DNA of 64,000 nucleotides, taken from assembly GCA_000004985.1 (NCBI GenBank), contig GG738845.1. One strand, 5' to 3'. This DNA comes from Naegleria gruberi. Taxonomy: Eukaryota. This document shows positions 9,476-19,747 of the stretch, piece after piece. The first letter of the stretch is position 1. Every line of letters begins with the position of its first letter. The translations under genes and the position numbers were made by a program. Below the pieces are notes generated by a model that was not told the DNA's origin, ran no database searches, and saw nothing but the letters and a program-made list of their open reading frames with translations.

Positions 9476-10456
9476 ATGGCCCCAAAACGTAAACGTGTTG
9501 TTGATGATGAAGAAGAGGAAGAATATGAACCAGTTGAAGTAATTGATGACTCGGATGATGACGATGATGATGTAGCTGCTTTTGTTGATGATTCGGAAGA
9601 GGATGATGGTGATTTTAAAGAAAAATCATCCAAGAAGAAAAAGAAAGATGAAGGAGATTCAAAGAAGAAGAAATCATCCAAGAAGGAATCAACTAAAAAA
9701 TCCTCCAAATCAAAAGATAAAGATACAAAGGAAACTAAAAAGAAAGCATCAGGTGGTAAAAAAGCTGCATCAACCTCTTCTGGACCTAAAAAGAAGGATC
9801 TCACCATCAAGGATGAAAAGGAAGCAAGACAAGTTGTTTTAGATTTATTTAAAAAGACAAATAGACCATTCAATTTACAAAATGTTATTGATCACTCGAA
9901 AGGTCAATTGAAAAAGGCGATGGCCACTAAGTGTGTTGACCATTATGAAAAGAAGGGTGATTTGAGTGTAAAAGTAAATGGTAAAACAAAGATTTGGTGG
10001 ATCAATCAAGAAGGGTTGGAAGTTTTGAGCAAGGAAGAGTTAAAGGAAATTGATGTAGAAATTAAAGAATTACAAGAAGAATTAGCACAAGTTAGATCCG
10101 AGGTCACACAACTTACAAACGAGAAAGCTAAGTTATTGAAAGCTCCAAAAACAGAAGATTTACCTGCTCAAATTGCAAAGGAAAGAGCTGATTTAGAAAA
10201 GAAGAAGGAAAAATTAGAATCACTTCAATCTGGTTCAGTTAAACTATGTACAATGGATGAAAAGAAGGAAGCTTTAAAGAGTATGGATAGATATCTGAAA
10301 GAATGGAGACTAAGAAAGAGATTAACTAAAGAAATTATTGATAAGATTTCGGAATCTACTGAAAAGAAACCAGCAGAAATTATTGATGACCTAGGAATTG
10401 ATACTGATGAGATTGTTGGTGTTAGTATAGATCAAGTTGGAAAACTAACACAATAA
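9476..10456 (+). CDS. hop2: Hop2 / PSMC3IP (TBPIP) meiotic homologous-pairing protein with an about 110-aa acidic plus Lys-rich N-terminal extension
   Basis: RQVVLDLFKKTNRPFNLQNVIDHSKGQLKKAMATKCVDHYEKKGDLSVKVNGKTKIWWINQ matches the winged-helix part. The leucine-zipper region follows. KKEALKSMDRYLKEWRLRKRLTKEIIDKISE...DDLGIDTDE is collinear with human YCKEWRKRKRM...VGIETDED. Confidence 0.75.
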   Translation: MAPKRKRVVDDEEEEEYEPVEVIDDSDDDDDDVAAFVDDSEEDDGDFKEKSSKKKKKDEGDSKKKKSSKKESTKKSSKSKDKDTKETKKKASGGKKAASTSSGPKKKDLTIKDEKEARQVVLDLFKKTNRPFNLQNVIDHSKGQLKKAMATKCVDHYEKKGDLSVKVNGKTKIWWINQEGLEVLSKEELKEIDVEIKELQEELAQVRSEVTQLTNEKAKLLKAPKTEDLPAQIAKERADLEKKKEKLESLQSGSVKLCTMDEKKEALKSMDRYLKEWRLRKRLTKEIIDKISESTEKKPAEIIDDLGIDTDEIVGVSIDQVGKLTQ

Positions 10457-10512
10457 TTTTGTAAATAATAATAATTTAATTAACTGTACAATAATAATAA
10501 TTAAATAGAAAA

Positions 10513-11282
10513 AATGTCATTAATGAACAAGTGTAAAATCATTACAATAAGTGGAAGACCAGCAACAGGAAAGGTAAAATATTAATCATGATCATAATAA
10601 TTGAATAATGATATAATAGACAAGTGTTTGTTCAGATTTAATTACGAAATTGAGGGAAACATTTCCGAATGATAATATTATTTTCTTGGATTCAAACACC
10701 CTTCTTGCCGAATCATCACCACAATACAACAACATACCTCTCGAGCATAAACAAGAAATTGAAAAACTTAAAAATTCTGGAAAATTGAAATACAATTTAA
10801 ATCCAATGATTATGGCCAACCTTTTGAATTCATTTATTAATTTTCATGAAAATAATCAATTATCATCAGGGTGCAGTAATATAATAATTTACTACAGAGG
10901 GCCTCAATCAGTGGATGTAGCAAATCTTTTGGAATTTAAACCTGATTTGTATATTTATTTGGATGCCCCAAAGGAGGATTTGATTGAAAGAGTTTGTAAG
11001 AGACGAGTGGATTTAATATCTGGAAAAACGTATCACATGACATTGGATGCTGAATTTATCAAGCAAAATTCAAAAGGTTTGAAATTGAGTCAAAGAATTG
11101 GCGATTCTGAAGAATTATTTGTGCCAAGAATTGAAAGATCTGACAAACACTTATTGCCAGTTCTAGAATATTATCAAAACATTCCAAGTGTCCATGTGGA
11201 AATTATTAAGAGTGACAAGGCCTCACCAAGACAATTAGTTTTTCAACATGTTTACAATTCGTGTTTGAAAATATTGAAATAA
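10513..11282 (+). CDS. Adenylate-kinase-like nucleoside-monophosphate kinase homolog with a non-canonical P-loop. Exon 1 10513..10573, intron 10574..10635 (62 nt, GTAAAA...TTCAG), exon 2 10636..11282
   Basis: Exon 1 is MSLMNKCKIITISGRPSNRK, spliced at phase 1 into the ORF-track frame (D)LITKLRETFPNDNIIFLD... The LID-like segment LIERVCKRRVDLISGKTYHMTLD resembles the AK LIERLxGRRIHPASGRxYH. The protein has ISGRPSNRK where a GxxGxGK Walker A would be. Confidence 0.5.
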
Positions 11283-11376
11283 TCTCTTGGTCAACTTGAT
11301 TGGAACAAGTGATTGATCTGATGCAAAAATACTCTTCCAGCAAACAATCATACAGAACATCAGTTACAAACACCTT

Positions 11377-13602
11377 TTATCTTTTATTGTAATAGGTATT
11401 ATTATTTTTGCTATTATTATAAGAAGAGGAATTATTATAAGAGGAATAACGAGGAGGAGATGAATCACTTGCAAATGATTTGAGGAAGTAATCAATAAAT
11501 TGTGATGTGATTGGATTGATGGTTTTTCCCTTTTCATTTTGCAGAACAAAAAAGTGAGTTTCATGCACAGCATTATACTTTCTCTTGTGGACATTCTTTT
11601 CATTGTGTTGACTTCCTGTAATATAGGCATGCACATTAGCTCCCAATACATGTTCATGTGTGAGGAAACTAGAACTGCACAATCTTTGTAAACTCAGAGC
11701 ATCCATCCAATTTGGAACCACAATTAGGAATGAAAGAGATTCTGTAGAGTTTGCTAACAGATTTTCCATATGAGATACCATCATTTGCATCAACTCTTCA
11801 CTAAATGGAGGATTAGATTCGAAACTATTTCAATTAGAGTTAATATTATTTAAAAAAACTTACCATCCAGATTTTGGGAAGAATTCAAAAAATCCTCCCA
11901 ACGAACCAAACCAAAAATCTAAATCTCCACAAGCTGAACAAAAATCTACAAAGTATGAATTCAATGGAGAGGCAAAGTTTTCAGAATTTACATTCATATT
12001 CTTATTGAGAGTTTCAAAGACCTCTACAGGACAAGCAGCATGCAGACCTGTTCCTTCAAATCTCTTTTCTCCTGCTCCAAACATGGCTCCATATCTCAAA
12101 AGTAAGCAATATACAAAATAGTCAAATACACAAGTTGTATAGTCGTTCGATCTATTGAAGAAAATATCTTGTAAAACTTCTCTTTTTCTTGAATCATTTG
12201 CAGAGATGATATTCAATCTGTGATGGAAATGTTTTTTCAGCTTTTCATAGTGGCTCATATTTAATTGGTGACTGGTGAGTATATTTGAAAATCTTTGCAC
12301 CCTTTCTCTATTTTCTAGAATTATTTGGAATGGTTCCTCTTTCTTGCTAATTTTTCCACAAATTTGATTCACCTTCTTTGTGTTAAAGTATTTTACAATA
12401 AAATCATACAATGAGTTACAGTCATTGAAATTCTCCAATACTAATTCACTACTATTGAAATGTAAGAGTAATTCATTCTTGATGGAGGTGTGTATCAATT
12501 CATTACTCTTGGTGGCAATAAATTTACAAATATCATCAGCAACATTGAATACCTTTTCTTGTAATGGTTTTCCAACAAGATCTTTCATTTCTTTCAATTT
12601 TTCCATAATTTCGTCCATGTTATTTGCCGAGTTGAGATACTTTTCATAGTTGGAACAATGTTCAACAAGTTTGGATTTCTCCTCCTCAGATAAACTCTTC
12701 CCAATATTGTCCTGATTGATACATTTCCTAGAGGCGTCAATGTATAATTTCAATGAAACTCTTGCTTCTTCTAAATTTCTTGGAAACATGTTTGCCTTCA
12801 TTGGTACGTCATCAAGTATTTCTCTCCTCAAAGATTCACTGCTCGGATCAACTAAATACTTGTCACTGTTACAAAGGAGGGATGGAACAATTGGATCAGT
12901 GAAATAGTCAATAGTTTCAGATTTGAAATTTTCTCTCAATGCCTTGTTTTCCAAAACTTTTCTCTCCAACATCCATCTATTGAATGATTGTTTTGGAACT
13001 TGATCCATATCTAATTTTTCCTTGAGTAACTCTCTTTGGTATTGTCTCAGAGATGTGATCGAAAGACTTCTCTCCAATTCAACCTCCAATCTCGGAACTA
13101 TTCCCAAGAATTTACAAAGTTTAGGATTCAAGTTTTTAGATATTTCCTCGTGCCTAGATAATAAATTAGAGTGTAAATTGTACAAATGGAAATTGGAAAT
13201 GTATTCAAACAAGCTAATACTATTTGTATAATTTCCATTGAAAGCATTCTCAAGAGGAACAATTTGCACTTGATAGAACGCATTATTTGCCAAATCACCA
13301 AGTGTCTTGTCCATAGCAAAATAGAAATTATCCAACTTGGGAGCGTAATTATTAGAACGTTGCTTGTATGATTGTTGTTTATATCCTCCACCACCACTAT
13401 TACCTACATCATAATCACTATACAACCTCTTATCTTCATACCGATCATTTCTATTATTGTATCTAGAAGATGATGACGATGATGATGATGAATAATTATT
13501 GTTGTTGTTGTATGAATTATTATTATACCGAGAGTTTGATGACGAAGAATAATTATTACGATTATTATTATTGTGATTATTTGAACTCATTTTTTTATTC
13601 AA
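11377..13602 (-). CDS. pcif1: PCIF1 / CAPAM homolog (mRNA cap-adjacent adenosine N6-methyltransferase, NPPF catalytic motif). 5' exon 13602..11864, intron 11863..11825 (39 nt, GTAAGT...AAATAG), 3' exon 11824..11377
   Basis: CPVEVFETLNKNMN...FASPLNSYF...SLGGFFEFFPKSG/C-FESNPPFSEELMQMMVSHMENLLANSTESLSFLIVVPNW...HEHVLGANVHAYITGSQHNEKNVHKRKYNAVHETHFFVLQNEKG is collinear with the human PCIF1 methyltransferase domain ([27 protein letters not shown]...YRSGSQHICKKEEMHYKAVHNTAVLFLQND). The N-terminus is Asn/Ser-rich low complexity. The intron is required to join the two ORF-track pieces 11860..13602 and 11377..11793. Confidence 0.8.
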
Positions 13603-13791
13603 AATTAAGAATAGATTCCTGGAGGAATCTGTTTTTTAATTTTTATGCAATTAAAGAATTGATGATGAGAATGTTTTCATTCTATGTTGTTAACATTTCA
13701 TCAATATATTAAATTGTTCAAAGTTTTAAACTAGTTTAGTCTTTAGACTTTTCCCGCCTAAATAATTCTTCAAAAATTGATTTTAAAAAAA
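13603..13791. promoter_or_regulatory. Divergent intergenic region between the PCIF1 homolog (minus) and the Cdt1-like gene (plus), presumably a bidirectional promoter
   Basis: A 189-bp AT-rich spacer between two head-to-head start codons, with an A-run just before each ATG. Confidence 0.3.
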
Positions 13792-14893
13792 ATGAGCAAA
13801 AGAAAAGCAGACGACATTTCAACAAGTAAATTAACATCACCACCATCAGGTACAACAACGTCTGAGGAGGTCATTGAACCAGTACCTGTACGATCAAGAG
13901 AAAAGAGGAGAGTTGTCCGTAAAGTTACTACTAACAGCACAACAAACGATCAATCAAATAATGTCAACAATACGGAAGTACAACCATCAACCATAATTGT
14001 TACAAATGAGGTGCCATCTGTGGTTACTGTTGTTAAACCAATAACCCAGAAGGAGGAATTTTCCAAGAAGGAGAAGGAAGTATTGGATGAAAATTTTGGT
14101 AAACTCATGTTTACCTTGGGTACCTATTTTCATCGTGGTTTCAGTGACTTTAAGTTGTCTGCAATTAATGAATTATACAAGAATAGTGGAGAACCTTTTG
14201 GTGTTGAAACGTTAAAGATGATTCAATATATTGTTCCTGAACTGTTTACAATTTACTTGAATCATAATCAGGAAATTTGTGTAAATATTAGTAATGACTT
14301 TGAAAAGATTAAAGCCACTATTGTTGGTATGTGGAAGAAGAGAATTGTAACAGTAGAAAAACCACAATCTTTGGAACCACAAATTGAGATCAGAGCCTTG
14401 AATATCACAACAACCAAGCCATTACCAAAAATTGAAAACTCTACAGATAAAACACAACAACCAAAGAAATCTATTGAAGAAATGCTCAAAGAAAATGACA
14501 GAAAAGAGCAAGAAGAATTTGAAAGAGCAAAGATTCTCTCTAAAAAATTTGAAATTGACCGAGTGATAGAAACTTTACTAATCATGTTTACGTAAGTAGT
14601 ATTGATATCTCAAGTTCTCTATAATTTTTTTCAGTATTTTGAAAATGAAAAAGAAATTCAGAATGGACTTGAACACTCTAGTTCAAGAATTGAAAAATCG
14701 ATATACTAAGGAAATCTCTGTTCAAGAATTGAGAACACATTTGGAGCTGTTGTGTAAGCATGTTCCAACATTATTCACTTTGAACTCTTTTGGAAATCTC
14801 AAAGTATTTGAAATGTCCAAAGATGCCAAGTTTGAAAATGCTAAAAAAAGTTTGGAAGAAAGTATGTCGAGGGACAAAAATTGCTGCTACTAA
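13792..14893 (+). CDS. Possible Cdt1-like replication licensing factor (middle domain plus C-terminal winged helix). Exon 1 13792..14591, intron 14592..14634 (43 nt, GTAAGT...TTTTTTCAG), exon 2 14635..14893
   Basis: The ATG at 13792 (aaaaaaaATG) gives MSKRKADDISTSKL... The middle region FGKLMFTLGTYFHRGFSDFKLSAINELYKNSGEPFGVETLKMIQYIVPELFTIYLNH and the spliced C-terminal exon (MDLNTLVQELKNRYTKEISVQELRTHLELLCKHVPTLFTL) resemble the Cdt1 central and C-terminal winged-helix regions. The family assignment is weak. Confidence 0.35.
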
Positions 14894-15303
14894 CCTTACA
14901 GTATTGTATCCTCTATTATTGAATTGTATCAAAAATAATTTAACTTTGGAATTATTTTCAAAATAGAATGCAATATCCAAAGCGTTTTGAGTAGTTAAAC
15001 TAATTGGAGAAGAGACCACTATCAAAAGCTCACAAATATTTTCGAAATATTCTTAGTTTATTGGTGGATTGTTCATCCATTGAAATCCAATAAATTTTTA
15101 ACGAATGTTTAATGGTAAGATTCTAGCTTAGTTTTCCTTTCATGTCCTTACCATGAAATTGTCTTCCACCATAGATGGTGTTCATGATTGATGAAGTACG
15201 AAACGAATGAGATTGTTAACTTATGAGACTGTTAACCGTTGTAACAAATTTTACTCCTTTTGTGCTTTCACTTTAAAGAGCTCTCCATTTCACTCGGAAA
15301 AAA

Positions 15304-16725
15304 ATGGCAAAACCAATTTTCTCCCTTTTCACATTAAAGGCAGAGGTATTGCTGTTGATGGTGCTCCTTCTTCTTTTTACTTCACAAACTTTCCAACAAA
15401 CATGTGAAAGTTTCTTGTTTTCAGAAAACGAATCTCCACCAGAAAGAGCTTTCTGTCCAATTTCTTTTGTCAATTTGGACAACAAGTGCCAATCTTTCAC
15501 AACCATTAACAAGCAGAAGAAAGGTAGTACATGTTCAACAAAATCTGATTGTTATTTCGCTTATATGAATTGTGTCAATCAAAAATGTGTTCCCATGCTA
15601 AGACTACCAGGTGATTCTTGTGTCGATGACAATCAATGTTTGTTTAATATTGTTCCTGCCAATAGAAAAACCATGGTTGATATGGTCAGACCAAAATGTA
15701 TCAACAATAAGTGTCAATTGTACAAAGTTGTGAAGAGAAATGATGGAGAAGAGTGTTTTGTTGATGACAACATCAATACAGTGTATGATTGCAAAGATGG
15801 ATATGTATGTTATAAGTGTTGTGAATCCTGGAAACCAGTCAAGAGTAAATGTGTTCCAAAAGTAAAGGCAAAGAAGGGTGAAAGTTGTTCGAATCCTTCT
15901 GCAGACAATTCCATTATTCCAACTTTCAAGATTTGTGAAAGTGGCTTGTATTGTAAAACAATGAATGATGGAAGTCAATTGTGTACTGAAACACTTCCCA
16001 AGGGAGCCAACTGTGCAAATTCAGAATCTGTATGTGAAGAAGGCACAATTTGTCGTCAAAATTCACCAAGTGATAAAACAATGACTTGTCAAAAGAGCGC
16101 TAGTTATGGAGAGAGTTGTGTTTTGAATTCTGATTGTACTCACAGTTCATCAGCTCTAGTCAGGTGTTACAATAACAAATGTACAAGATGGTACGGAATA
16201 GAAATCAATGGAATTTGTAAGGCAAATGACGAATGTTATTCTGGCTACTGCTCTACTGCTGGTAAATGTGCAGAAAGACCAAGTACACCATGTTCTGGAT
16301 CCGCTTACTGTCAAAACAGTAATTATAATAATTATTGTGCATGTGGAGGTAAGAGTTCATCAAATAGTCCAGGAAAATGTGTAGACAGTTGTTTAGGAGC
16401 AATGATTGATGTAACAACCTGCCTATACAATCAAGGATTATTAGGAAGTGATTTTTATGGAGGATTGGGTTTTCTTCAATATGTAGATGAAGATAGTTCA
16501 TTATTTACTAGATGTAGATATGCCTTCTCAAGACATTATTCTTGTTTGAGAAAATCATGGATTGCTGCTGGAATTCCAACTAAAGGAGACATGGCAGGAA
16601 TTGATTTGGATGCTTATTCGGTTGATGCAAGTCCAATTGTACCAGACGAAGCAAATCAACATCAAATTTCTTTTGGATTGATTTTCATTATTATGATTTT
16701 AATCAATTTTGTAATTTTACAATAA
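15304..16725 (+). CDS. Secreted or GPI-anchored cysteine-rich protein with a signal peptide and a C-terminal hydrophobic tail (473 aa)
   Basis: The ATG is in an aaaaaaATGG context. The N-terminus MAKPIFSLFTLKAEVLLLMVLLLLFTSQTFQ looks like a signal peptide. About 60 Cys residues fall in repeated CxxxxC/NKC patterns. The C-terminus reads GLIFIIMILINFVILQ. Confidence 0.5.
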   Translation: MAKPIFSLFTLKAEVLLLMVLLLLFTSQTFQQTCESFLFSENESPPERAFCPISFVNLDNKCQSFTTINKQKKGSTCSTKSDCYFAYMNCVNQKCVPMLRLPGDSCVDDNQCLFNIVPANRKTMVDMVRPKCINNKCQLYKVVKRNDGEECFVDDNINTVYDCKDGYVCYKCCESWKPVKSKCVPKVKAKKGESCSNPSADNSIIPTFKICESGLYCKTMNDGSQLCTETLPKGANCANSESVCEEGTICRQNSPSDKTMTCQKSASYGESCVLNSDCTHSSSALVRCYNNKCTRWYGIEINGICKANDECYSGYCSTAGKCAERPSTPCSGSAYCQNSNYNNYCACGGKSSSNSPGKCVDSCLGAMIDVTTCLYNQGLLGSDFYGGLGFLQYVDEDSSLFTRCRYAFSRHYSCLRKSWIAAGIPTKGDMAGIDLDAYSVDASPIVPDEANQHQISFGLIFIIMILINFVILQ

Positions 16726-16872
16726 ATTTATCTAATCACAAAATGTCCGTTACTTTCGTGTCCAAATTTAAATTTATTTTGGTTTAAACAACTCCCAAAC
16801 AATATCAGAACGTAAAACCTATCTCTATTTAGTTAGATATTGGTGAATGTTTAATTCTGAGGGAAGTGAAGA

Positions 16873-17142
16873 ATGGAAATAAATGCTGAGCTTGTCTTTA
16901 TCAATGCCCTTCCAGACTACATAATATTATTAAAAGAAGACTTTATTTATAATAATTATAAAGCTAATTTAGAAATAATTAAATTAAAAACTGAACATTA
17001 TTATGATTTTTATATTAGTGTTGAAGGTATTGTATGTCCTTTCCAAATTGCCAAAATTTTTTCCAAACAATTCATAAAAACTGACAAGGAATTAGTTAAA
17101 TCCATATCAAAATCTCTGGCACTTATGTTATTTGATTACTGA
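16873..17142 (+). CDS. Small ORF (89 aa) of unknown significance
   Basis: An ATG-initiated ORF with no recognisable family. It may be non-coding. Confidence 0.15.
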   Translation: MEINAELVFINALPDYIILLKEDFIYNNYKANLEIIKLKTEHYYDFYISVEGIVCPFQIAKIFSKQFIKTDKELVKSISKSLALMLFDY

Positions 17143-17242
17143 AGTCCTATTTGCAAAATTGTTGTTTATTATTTATTATTGGTGAGGTAATATCTAATCC
17201 AAACCTTATCATTGGATTTTCTTAACATATAGTACAAATAAT

Positions 17243-19327
17243 TTATTGTTGAATCTTTTCCTTGACAACCTCAAATATTTCATAAAGAGTGTCCCAATCA
17301 GGATTAATAAAGTAACACCACCTACATGTCCAATCCATTTGAGTAAAATACAACCCTCCAAATATAGCAAAATAGGAGAACAATAAGCCAGCGCTGACAA
17401 TTCTGACCCACAATGTGAATTTTCCCACCCTTCTCGTTTTTTCACTACAACAAAAGAAGCAACAGCAAAAGAATGCAGAGCATGCATATAATAGTTTGAA
17501 AGGTTTTGATTTTGAGAAATTCTTCCACTTGGAGGGTTTTCCATTCTCCAAATCCAAGTTTTCCTCCCCATCTTCATTACTAGAATTTCCAAGAAGTTTT
17601 CTCCTTTGAGGTGTCTTATTGTTCAAATCTTTCTGTTGAGCTGCTTGTTCTTCATATGGATTTGGATGTCTCATTCGTGGAATGAAAATCATTGTGGATA
17701 AGAAACCAACAAGTAATCCTCCAACGTGAGCAAAATTATCAATCCAAGGAATTAATCCAACAATTACCTGAGCGACAACTTGAATGGTAATTAGAATGAA
17801 ATCTCTTTTTGGACTTGGCATGTACCTCCAATTCATCCATAAATCTGCATAAATGCCTCCGAGAATTCCAAATAGAGAACTTGAGGCTCCAACTGTGACA
17901 ATTTCTGGAAGAAAAAGAGCACTCAATAGATTGCCACCAACACCACTAATGAGATAAATGAAGCAAACAAAGATACATCCCCAATGTCGTTCAAGTGGGA
18001 GCATGACTGACATTTGCCACATCATATTGAGGCACAAGTGAACTATTCCACCATGAAGAAATATTGGAGTGAGTAATCTATAGACTTGCCAATTGGGAGA
18101 AATAATCAAAGTACCTTGTTTGGCTCCCAATTGCACAAGAGTTGCTTCTGGTGGGCCAATTAATGGATTGACCAAGATGGACTCAAGTCCACCTAATCCA
18201 ACACTCACTGCAAACATTATTATTTGAACAATGGTCAATCCAATTGTGAGGAATGGTGTCTTTTTGTGTTCCTGATTGACAGTTCTATTGACAAGGAATG
18301 GATTTTTACTGTCTTTCATGAACTTGCTTGAAAAGTAATTGGAAACAAAGTTTTTGGATGGTTTCTGGAGGAGAACGTCATCTTGTAAATCATTTTCATC
18401 CATTACATCACCCAGAGATTGTCCATTTCCTCTTTCAAACATCAATTCTGGTGTTTCACTATTGGAATTCGATTTGCCCTTATCCTGTTTTTGAAATCCA
18501 AAAGAGTTAATTTCCTGTCTCATTCTCTTAATCTTATCATCCCATTTCTGCTTTCTTTTGAGTTGCTTAACTTGTTGTGGACTTTGTCTCTTTGGGTTGC
18601 TTGTTGGAGATGAACTTCCTTGATTCCTAGGAGAATCGTGAAGATTGAGTGGGGATGGCATTGGTGAGGAGGGAATGAGATTCCTCGTTGAGGATGCATT
18701 CGATACAGGTGATGAATAATCCACTGCACTTGGAGATTGTGATAAAATCGAAGAGTTGGAAATATTGAGTGGACCAGCACTTTGTTCCTTTAACAATTTT
18801 CTCCTAAAGAACCCTGAGAGTCCACCACCAGAATGTTTCGATTGTTGTTGTGGAGCGAGTTCTCTGGTTTTCTTTTTGGGAGTGGAATTTGCAGAGTTGG
18901 ATTCAAGATCGTTGTGGAGTGGAATTTCTTCAATTTCATCAGTCATTACCATGTCCATCAGTTCCAACATGATTGAATCGGGTCTTCTCACTCGAGGCAG
19001 GGAAGAGCTACTGCTTCTGTTTGATGACTCATTCACTCTGAGAGCTGAATAGGAGCCAGGTATACCATCAGTGTTGTTATTTACATGGTGTTCATTAGAG
19101 GAAGATTGTGGAATACTTGATGATGAAGAAGATGACGGAGGTTTTGGAACTGGCCTCAGACTAATGACATTCTCTGTAAGCTCCACAGAGATGACATCTT
19201 CAGAGGATGAAACTGATGACGAGTTTGATGTTGTAGTTGGAGGTTTATGAGAACTTAGGGAAGAGAAGGTAACACTATTCGATGGAAATGCAAATGAGTA
19301 GTTGGTACTAGTATTCGTTGAGTGCAT
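17243..19327 (-). CDS. Rhomboid-family intramembrane serine protease with a long Ser-rich N-terminal region
   Basis: Rhomboid motifs are present: LLTPIFLHGGIVHLCLNMMWQ (HxxxN), GASSSLFGILGGIYADL (GxSx active-site region) and FAHVGGLLVGFL (AHxGG). Six to seven predicted TM helices occupy the C-terminal half. The ATG is at 19325-19327. Confidence 0.75.
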   Translation of the reverse strand: MHSTNTSTNYSFAFPSNSVTFSSLSSHKPPTTTSNSSSVSSSEDVISVELTENVISLRPVPKPPSSSSSSSIPQSSSNEHHVNNNTDGIPGSYSALRVNESSNRSSSSSLPRVRRPDSIMLELMDMVMTDEIEEIPLHNDLESNSANSTPKKKTRELAPQQQSKHSGGGLSGFFRRKLLKEQSAGPLNISNSSILSQSPSAVDYSSPVSNASSTRNLIPSSPMPSPLNLHDSPRNQGSSSPTSNPKRQSPQQVKQLKRKQKWDDKIKRMRQEINSFGFQKQDKGKSNSNSETPELMFERGNGQSLGDVMDENDLQDDVLLQKPSKNFVSNYFSSKFMKDSKNPFLVNRTVNQEHKKTPFLTIGLTIVQIIMFAVSVGLGGLESILVNPLIGPPEATLVQLGAKQGTLIISPNWQVYRLLTPIFLHGGIVHLCLNMMWQMSVMLPLERHWGCIFVCFIYLISGVGGNLLSALFLPEIVTVGASSSLFGILGGIYADLWMNWRYMPSPKRDFILITIQVVAQVIVGLIPWIDNFAHVGGLLVGFLSTMIFIPRMRHPNPYEEQAAQQKDLNNKTPQRRKLLGNSSNEDGEENLDLENGKPSKWKNFSKSKPFKLLYACSAFFCCCFFCCSEKTRRVGKFTLWVRIVSAGLLFSYFAIFGGLYFTQMDWTCRWCYFINPDWDTLYEIFEVVKEKIQQ

Positions 19328-19747
19328 TATCTGAGTGTATATTTTTTTAACTGTTAAATATTTTCAAAAAATTAATTCAAAATAGGAAATCCCTTAATTA
19401 AGGAAATGACAGAACATTGAGAATCAGTAAAATCTGATATGGTAGCGGATTTTTTTCTATCTATTCTGCTAAAGTTATGAACCTAGTTGCCACTTATTTT
19501 ACTTATTTTATTGTTGTGCACAATGATAATAGTTTGCTGGTTGACACTTATTATTAAGGTGATTCATTCTATTGCATACGTTTAGTTTTGCCACTTTAGT
19601 GGGATGATTTCGTATCTAATATCTTTAATGGAGGTCAGAAACCTTGCCTCGCCGAGTGAACGATTGTTAGTTCTTAATGTGTTAACCAATATTTTTGAAA
19701 ATTCCATAATTCACCTGTGTAAATGTGAATATTTCTAATCTCAATCA

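Noticed and set aside
9463-9873. Minus-strand 136-aa ORF and plus-strand 86-aa ORF overlapping the Hop2 N-terminal region
   Set aside because: These are low-complexity frame shadows of the acidic/Lys-rich coding repeat (GAT/GAA/AAG runs).
10513-10573. Initial reading of the exon as encoding a canonical P-loop (ISGRPATGK)
   Set aside because: On recounting the bases (gaccaagcaacaggaaag) the translation is ISGRPSNRK. The canonical Walker A is therefore absent, and this is reported as a finding instead.
12380-13397. Several 60-90-aa ORFs on both strands inside the PCIF1 coding region (for example 12380..12649 +, 13128..13397 -)
   Set aside because: They are antisense or off-frame shadows within a conserved CDS, with non-ATG starts.
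17209-17592. 127-aa minus ORF overlapping the 3' end of the rhomboid gene in another frame
   Set aside because: It overlaps a well-supported conserved CDS. It has no homology and starts at a non-ATG codon.
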